51,206 nucleotides of DNA from a virus. Its lineage: Duplodnaviria; Caudoviricetes. Numbering within the stretch: position 1 is the stretch's first letter; the number at the start of each line of letters is the position of its first letter. Under the pieces are notes generated by a model. The model was not told where the DNA came from, made no database searches, and saw only the letters and a list, made by a program, of their open reading frames with translations. The stretch covers positions 1 through 51,206 of the IMG/VR virus record IMGVR_UViG_3300020045_005791. The stretch is one strand, 5' to 3'. The position numbers were made by a program, and so were the translations under genes. Of this stretch, positions 45,477 to 51,206 are shown in pieces.

Positions 45477-46385
45477 TTACGCAGTTACAACAACGGTTTT
45501 AACGTCGCTTTTGTATAAAACATCGGCAGCGGTTAAAATAATATCGGCTAAATCTACAGTCACAATATCAGCAGTTGTGTTGGCTGTTACGGTTAATGTA
45601 TATTTTTTAGTTGTTGCATTGTAAGCGATTCCGCTTGGTACAATTGCAACTCCATTACGTGTTACGGAAAAATCAGCAACCAATAAGCCTAAAACAGGAT
45701 GTATTTTATCCAATAAAAACGCACTTACTACAATTGAAGTAGAAGCGGTAACAATCGGATCAACTGTTAAAACAACTTCGTTTACACCTGTTAATTCTCT
45801 TACTGCAAAATCTGTTTGGTCTCCAGTAACAAATGTAATTCTTTTGTCAATCTCGTCACGAACTATTTTTTGAAGTAAAACTGTTTTACTTGACGCATCA
45901 GTGCCATTTGCACCCATATACTTAGTAGGGTTGAAAATACCCATAGTATATCCTTTAGGCTCGTCGTTTTTAGTTCTTGTCATCCAAATATTGTCCTCGA
46001 TATCAAACTCAATCAAATCGTATTGATTGTATCCGCCTAAATACGTCAATGCAGTAGCAAAATTAACTCCATTATCAAAAGTGGCTACTTTTTCATAAGG
46101 ATTTTTTCCAGCCAATACTTTTTCTCCTGATCCGGCTCGTGTAATAATATTGTCATCGGCAGTTGCATCTTCATAAGAAACAACTCCTTGAAGCATTATT
46201 AATTTACCTTCTTGCTGCAATTGTCGCATATATTCTTTGCTAAATTCAGCATTGAATTTATATCCTTTTTCAACAAGCCCTAATGCAGTGACCATTTTTT
46301 GGTCGATTTTACATCCAGCTAAGCCTGTGCCTAATACACCTGATTGAGAACAATCAATAGTGTTAATTTGTGTTTCTAAACTCAT
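45477..46385 (-). CDS. Major tail protein, copy B
   Basis: Homologue of 6282..7190. Confidence 0.75.
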   Translation of the reverse strand: MSLETQINTIDCSQSGVLGTGLAGCKIDQKMVTALGLVEKGYKFNAEFSKEYMRQLQQEGKLIMLQGVVSYEDATADDNIITRAGSGEKVLAGKNPYEKVATFDNGVNFATALTYLGGYNQYDLIEFDIEDNIWMTRTKNDEPKGYTMGIFNPTKYMGANGTDASSKTVLLQKIVRDEIDKRITFVTGDQTDFAVRELTGVNEVVLTVDPIVTASTSIVVSAFLLDKIHPVLGLLVADFSVTRNGVAIVPSGIAYNATTKKYTLTVTANTTADIVTVDLADIILTAADVLYKSDVKTVVVTA

Positions 46386-46525
46386 TTTATAAATTTGTTT
46401 AAGATTAATTTATCAATTGTTTTTTTGTCAGTGAGTTGGATTTTAGAACCAACTTTATACAATTTATCTACCGTAATTTCTTTTTTTACAGTAAATGTTT
46501 GTTTTTTTATTTCTTTTTCAGCCAT
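46382..46525 (-). CDS. Small hypothetical protein (47 aa), copy B
   Basis: Homologue of 7187..7339. Confidence 0.65.
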   Translation of the reverse strand: MAEKEIKKQTFTVKKEITVDKLYKVGSKIQLTDKKTIDKLILNKFIK

Positions 46526-46528
46526 AGC

Positions 46529-47023
46529 TTAAAATTTAATATTTTCTCTTATACACCCATTTGTCAACTCAACTTCAATATCTAAAACTAAAGCATTCCA
46601 GATAGTAACTAATCCTTTTCCGTTATCGTTTACGCTGTAATTCGGTTTTAATTCTTTATCGATAGTGCTTCCAACTATCTTAGAAATACCGCTACTATTT
46701 AGAACGGTTATAAAGTTGTTGTAAACGGGTATTAGGATTTCTTTATAATCTGTTTGATATTGCATAGCGTTAAACGCTTCAACATTGTTTGAACGTGTAG
46801 CGATAACAAATCGCGCACTTCTTGTTACTCGATTTCTTAACAAGTCGTCTGTGTCTTTCGATGTTACCAACCAAATAAGCGGGTATTTTGATATACTTTC
46901 TTTTAGAATAAGGAATTTGTTTAGAACATCTATAGTTCCCCAATCATAACGGATAGGAAATGTATTTTCCCAATTCGGCATAACCGCTACTAATTCCCTG
47001 ATTTTCTCTTCAAAAACTATCAT
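46529..47023 (-). CDS. Putative tail terminator/neck protein, copy B
   Basis: Homologue of 7344..7838. Confidence 0.55.
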   Translation of the reverse strand: MIVFEEKIRELVAVMPNWENTFPIRYDWGTIDVLNKFLILKESISKYPLIWLVTSKDTDDLLRNRVTRSARFVIATRSNNVEAFNAMQYQTDYKEILIPVYNNFITVLNSSGISKIVGSTIDKELKPNYSVNDNGKGLVTIWNALVLDIEVELTNGCIRENIKF

Positions 47024-47625
47024 AATCCGAAGCTATTTTTAGTTTCGTAAACTCTAAAGTATTCAGGTTTCCAATTAATAAAATCAGCTTGTTTATCCAT
47101 CAAATAACCGTAAAGACTCTTTTCTATACCATTGCATCCATACCAATCAGTAAAATCTCCAATTACAATAGGCTCGATTAAATACTCGCCTTGGTACTGT
47201 TTAATGAAATTTTGTGACGCTCCAGCAATTAAGTATTTTGGTGTTTGGGTAGTTGAATTTTCAGGATTAACTTTTTTTGCTCCAGTTGCAGAAAGTCTAA
47301 TATCTGTTTGAGTAACGAACTCTTGAAAAATATAATTAGCAATTAATGAATCGTCGTGATCCAAACCTAACCATATTTTACCGTCATATTCGTCTCCTTG
47401 AATTAGTTTTTTAAACTTTTCATCCGCTGCATTAATATCAGTAATCGCTTTTACCTCATTGTAAAGACTTAAACCCAACGCATTTAGTAATATTTCACGT
47501 TCCAATTTAACACAAAGAAAATCTATTTCCGTTTGATTGTTTGGCGTCCCTGAAGGATCAGCAACCGCTAACGGGATGTGTAGATAATTTTGATTTTGGA
47601 AATATGTGTTATTTACTATTTGCAT
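47020..47625 (-). CDS. Putative head-tail adaptor, copy B
   Basis: Homologue of 7835..8449. Confidence 0.5.
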   Translation of the reverse strand: MQIVNNTYFQNQNYLHIPLAVADPSGTPNNQTEIDFLCVKLEREILLNALGLSLYNEVKAITDINAADEKFKKLIQGDEYDGKIWLGLDHDDSLIANYIFQEFVTQTDIRLSATGAKKVNPENSTTQTPKYLIAGASQNFIKQYQGEYLIEPIVIGDFTDWYGCNGIEKSLYGYLMDKQADFINWKPEYFRVYETKNSFGL

Positions 47626-47642
47626 TGGGATTAATTTTTAAA

Positions 47643-47813
47643 TTACTTTACTTTTTTCTTGCTCAACACTGTAGCTGCTACTGCCTCGGTTTGCACCGGA
47701 TCTAAAATAGCAACTCCTTCGGCTATTAGCTGTGAGGCGAGCTGAGAATCAACAACAATTCTATCGTCAACCACTTTATCAGCAAAATCCTCAATAAACT
47801 TAACGCCAATCAT
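47643..47813 (-). CDS. Small capsid-associated protein (56 aa), copy B
   Basis: Homologue of 8467..8637. Confidence 0.7.
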   Translation of the reverse strand: MIGVKFIEDFADKVVDDRIVVDSQLASQLIAEGVAILDPVQTEAVAATVLSKKKVK

Positions 47814-47815
47814 AA

Positions 47816-49018
47816 CTAAGGAGTTGCCAAAGTTACAAGAGCAGCAGAAATAGAAGTAACTTTTTTGAATCCTGTTTGATCTACTGTACGGATCAAGAAA
47901 GCCATTCTTTTACGAGCTTTCAATGTCAACATATCGCTTGTAAATTGAGAACCAGTATAACCTTCTGATAATACAACACCGCCCATTTCGTAAATTCTTG
48001 CAAAGCGAGAATCCCCTAAATACAAAGTATTTGCTACTACGTGATTGTCTTCGATAATGTTCAAAGAATCAATTCTAGGATCATTGAAATTAAACACATA
48101 GTTGTTTGTAGTGTCTTTTTTTAATTTCAATTTGTTAATGTCGGCAATATTCATTGCAACGAAATCAGGACTGTATTTTGCATTACCAACTGAGGTAATA
48201 GACTCAGAAACTTTAGCAATTAAATCGTAAATATTCGCGTCTGTGATTCCAGAAGCTACAGGAGTGTAAGCAGGAGTGCTAGAAACTAATCCTTTAAGAT
48301 TTGTTCCTGTTCCATCACCTGTGATGATTTGCGTGTCGATAACGTCATTAACGTTAGTTTCTAAGAACATATCAAGTTCAGCAGCTGCAAGCATTTCATC
48401 TTCAAAAAATTCTTCAGATACAGGCAAAGTGTCTCCAATTTTTTGCAATTGCAAAGTGTAGCCTTTGAATTTAGCTTCTGACTCTGGAAACGCAGCACCT
48501 TCAGCAACCATAGCGGCAGCTTTAACCGTTGTTTCGTCCCAATCTACATAAGCAATAGTCCCGTTGTGATTTCCTTTTGAAACAGGAATTTTACGAAAAA
48601 TATCATAAAGACTTCTTTTCTTTCTTTGAAGCTGTCCTATACCGTCAACAAGTAAATTGTGTGGATTAGTAGCGATTGAAGCTCTTAAAGTGTTCGCTTT
48701 AACAGTAACTTCTTCTTTAGCTCCTTTTGCGATACTTCTGATAGATTCTTTTTTCTCTTTCAATTCTTTTGAAAGTTCACTCTCTAAAGACGTGTTTCCT
48801 TTAGATTCGATTGCTTTTATTTGCAAAGCAAGTTCTCCAATATCTTCTTTTGCTTTGTCGATAATAACCTGCATTTCCTCTTTAGTGGTTTTTACAGCTT
48901 TATCAATAGCTTTTTGTTGCAAGTCGGCTTCGTGCGCTCTTTTTGCAATTGCGTAATCGTTTGCTTCTTGTTCGGTCATTGCCTGAACTTCAGCGTCAGT
49001 TTTGTACTTAAATGGCAT
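47816..49018 (-). CDS. Major capsid protein, copy B (start MPFKYKTD)
   Basis: Homologue of 8640..9842; start set by alignment. Confidence 0.9.
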   Translation of the reverse strand: MPFKYKTDAEVQAMTEQEANDYAIAKRAHEADLQQKAIDKAVKTTKEEMQVIIDKAKEDIGELALQIKAIESKGNTSLESELSKELKEKKESIRSIAKGAKEEVTVKANTLRASIATNPHNLLVDGIGQLQRKKRSLYDIFRKIPVSKGNHNGTIAYVDWDETTVKAAAMVAEGAAFPESEAKFKGYTLQLQKIGDTLPVSEEFFEDEMLAAAELDMFLETNVNDVIDTQIITGDGTGTNLKGLVSSTPAYTPVASGITDANIYDLIAKVSESITSVGNAKYSPDFVAMNIADINKLKLKKDTTNNYVFNFNDPRIDSLNIIEDNHVVANTLYLGDSRFARIYEMGGVVLSEGYTGSQFTSDMLTLKARKRMAFLIRTVDQTGFKKVTSISAALVTLATP

Positions 49019-49034
49019 AATTTTTTGTTTTAAA

Positions 49035-49868
49035 TTAAATGTTTCGTCTTCTTTTAATCGTTGTTTGAGTGTCGTTTGACGGCTCTTCTTTAATCTCGGC
49101 AGTGTCTTCGACGGCTTCCGTTTTATTATTGGTAATTTGTCCAGTTGTAGAGTTGCTTCCAAACACTACTAAACTAGATTCTCTTACGTTTTTAGCTTCT
49201 TTTATTGCAAAGAAATAAGATATGTATTCAAAATCCTCTTTATTTGCAATCATTGGGTAATATAAATCGTAATTTGTTTTATACGTTTCGTCTTCTGGAT
49301 CGTTTGAATCTAAACATAAAACAAATGTAACATACTGCATTCTTACGCTTCCTTCGATATCGTCACCGCTTTCTAGCCATTCCTTAACGGCTTGATGTTT
49401 TACTTGTGCTTTAGGTACTTTATAGATTAAGGCTTGTGTTTCGCCTTCGTATGGTTTTCCAAGTAATGAAAAAGGTACTTTAGCAACAAACATTTCAATA
49501 TGTTCTTTTCTAACTACAACCTTATCAACTTCTAATTCGTGATCAATAACAAGATAGTTTTTGCCTTGCTGTTCTTTAATCGATTTATTCCAAAGGTTGT
49601 TAAGATGTAAATCTTCGTGACTATCTAAAATAAGGGTTGAATTAACGGCAATATAATAGAAATTATCATCAATTTTTATTCCCTTTAGTTGGTCCGAAAA
49701 CTTTAATAAATCTAATGATTTACAAGTTACTGACAAACCTTTGTCACAAGATTTTTGTATTTGTGACTTTTTAGCATCCGTAATAAAATCAAGATTATTT
49801 TTCAATTCCTTGAAAAGCTCCTCTTTTGTTTCGAATGTTTTATCTGGAAAATAAATTGATTTTATCAT
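49035..49868 (-). CDS. Prohead protease-like protein, copy B
   Basis: Near-identical to 9854..10696. Confidence 0.7.
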   Translation of the reverse strand: MIKSIYFPDKTFETKEELFKELKNNLDFITDAKKSQIQKSCDKGLSVTCKSLDLLKFSDQLKGIKIDDNFYYIAVNSTLILDSHEDLHLNNLWNKSIKEQQGKNYLVIDHELEVDKVVVRKEHIEMFVAKVPFSLLGKPYEGETQALIYKVPKAQVKHQAVKEWLESGDDIEGSVRMQYVTFVLCLDSNDPEDETYKTNYDLYYPMIANKEDFEYISYFFAIKEAKNVRESSLVVFGSNSTTGQITNNKTEAVEDTAEIKEEPSNDTQTTIKRRRNI

Positions 49869-49995
49869 TTCTTAATTTCTTTATCTTTATTCAATTCTCT
49901 TTTTAATGATTCTTTTTTAGCTTTCTCGATTTCTTCCTTTGTAATTTGTTTTTGCACATCTTTAACAAAGTTGCTTTTATAATTTCCATATTGAC

Positions 49996-51174
49996 TCATA
50001 ATCCAAGTATTAATTTAAAATCATTACTTAATTTCTTTTGTTCCTCGGGTGTTTCATAAATTAAAGTAGCTTGATAAGCTGCCAATGTTTCTATTTTAGT
50101 TTTCATAACCAATTGCATAACTGGTAAATGATTGTAAGTAGCTTGCAAAGATTCCCCTTTATCAATCAATCCAAATGAACTTGAAAAACTATTCATTGTG
50201 TTATTAGCATCTGTTTGGATTGAATTTTGAACGTAATCTAACATCGCTTTTTCTTTATTTTCATAAGTACTTGACCCATTACTGAAATAGTTCAAAACGT
50301 CTTTAGACATATCAAAAGCTAATAAACAGGTTAACGCATCGGCACTAAATTGTTCGTCTAAAAACAACCGTTTCATATCGCTAACTAAGTGTTGTGCTTT
50401 AATGTTTGCATTTGTAATCAATAATGATTTTTGAGCTATCTTTTTGAATATATCTTTACGGTCATCTGGTTGTATTTGCGCCTCATTTCCATCGCCTTGA
50501 CTTGCCATAAGATATTTTTGGCTCATCTTTAAATTTACATTTTTAGATAGTAAATTCTCTTCGATGTTCTCGATAGTTTTAGATATTCCTTTTAAACGTG
50601 AAGGGGAACTCATTAAAGAATTACACGTTAATCCATTAGCGAGGTCATAAGTAGGGATGATATTTTTTAACTGAATATCAAACGTTTGACCGTCTAATTT
50701 ATAAATGATGTGTTTGTCTCCGTACGATTTTAATTCAGCTTTGGTATAGATGAATGATTTTACTTTCTCGGTATTATTTAAATCTATTTCAGAAGGAATA
50801 AGATTAAATATTGCTTTTGTTGATTTTAAAGCATCTACTTTATAAGTAAAATTAGTTCCAGCAGCACTTAAAAACCACATTTGCTGAAAGAAAAAGTCTT
50901 CCTGAGATTGGAAGTAATTAGGTTGTTTGAAAAGTTTAATGATTTCGCTATTCTCGATTGGTTTTCCTGCGCTGTTCAAATGGGTAATTTTCATTTGAGA
51001 ATAGATTTTTGAACGCAACGCAATAATAGCAAGTAAAACAGGATTTGTAAGGGATGATTCTAAATACTTAGTAGAGTTTACAAAACCTGATTGATCTAAA
51101 AAAGAATAGGTAAAAGTGCCATTACGGTCACGTTCAACCGATACACTTTTACCCCATAATCCAAATAATCCCAT
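49996..51174 (-). CDS. Portal protein, copy B
   Basis: Homologue of 10940..12118. Confidence 0.85.
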   Translation of the reverse strand: MGLFGLWGKSVSVERDRNGTFTYSFLDQSGFVNSTKYLESSLTNPVLLAIIALRSKIYSQMKITHLNSAGKPIENSEIIKLFKQPNYFQSQEDFFFQQMWFLSAAGTNFTYKVDALKSTKAIFNLIPSEIDLNNTEKVKSFIYTKAELKSYGDKHIIYKLDGQTFDIQLKNIIPTYDLANGLTCNSLMSSPSRLKGISKTIENIEENLLSKNVNLKMSQKYLMASQGDGNEAQIQPDDRKDIFKKIAQKSLLITNANIKAQHLVSDMKRLFLDEQFSADALTCLLAFDMSKDVLNYFSNGSSTYENKEKAMLDYVQNSIQTDANNTMNSFSSSFGLIDKGESLQATYNHLPVMQLVMKTKIETLAAYQATLIYETPEEQKKLSNDFKLILGL

Positions 51175-51206
51175 ATAATCGATGTTTCACAACATTAATA
51201 ATTAAG

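Larger units (their letters stand above)
38540..51205. repeat. Diverged direct repeat copy B of the portal-to-tail module
   Basis: Collinear with 1..12149. Confidence 0.95.

Noticed and set aside
3134-49033. Short ORFs antisense to the main genes (e.g. 3134, 3312, 5308, 9517, 18455, 29139, 33593, 48657)
   Set aside because: Shadow frames of well-supported genes, with no motifs or expression signals
49019-49162. 48-aa N-terminal extension of capsid copy B in the ORF track
   Set aside because: Overlaps the protease gene; alignment to copy A puts the start at 49018
1-51206. Stop-codon reassignment or suppressor tRNA
   Set aside because: Genes are full length in the standard code, all three stops are used, and the tRNA anticodon is GAA (Phe)

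Overview
AT-rich tailed-phage (siphovirus-like) DNA, very probably infecting Flavobacterium or another Bacteroidota host. Host evidence: many TAnnTTTG promoter boxes, A-rich starts without Shine-Dalgarno, Gln after signal peptides, DUF3127/DUF6371-type genes. Positions ~12.1k-51.2k form one apparently complete ~39 kb genome unit: terminase, replication/recombination genes with an iteron origin, two adenine methyltransferases, a divergent early-gene island, lysis cassette, tail fibres, tRNA-Phe, and the portal-to-tail virion module. Positions 1-12.1k are a second, clearly diverged copy of the same portal-to-tail module with different accessory insertions. This is either a two-strain chimeric assembly or a real tandem/recombinant arrangement. 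No integrase was recognised. Most notable: (i) tail-fibre and adhesin-like genes carrying Sec-type signal peptides; (ii) an RNA operon in which tRNA-Phe is followed by a T-loop minihelix and a ~94-nt permuted tRNA-like (YrlA/Y-RNA-like topology) fold; (iii) recurrent promoter-hairpin-terminator leaders; (iv) a moron present in only one module copy. All family calls come from motif recognition by eye, without database searches.
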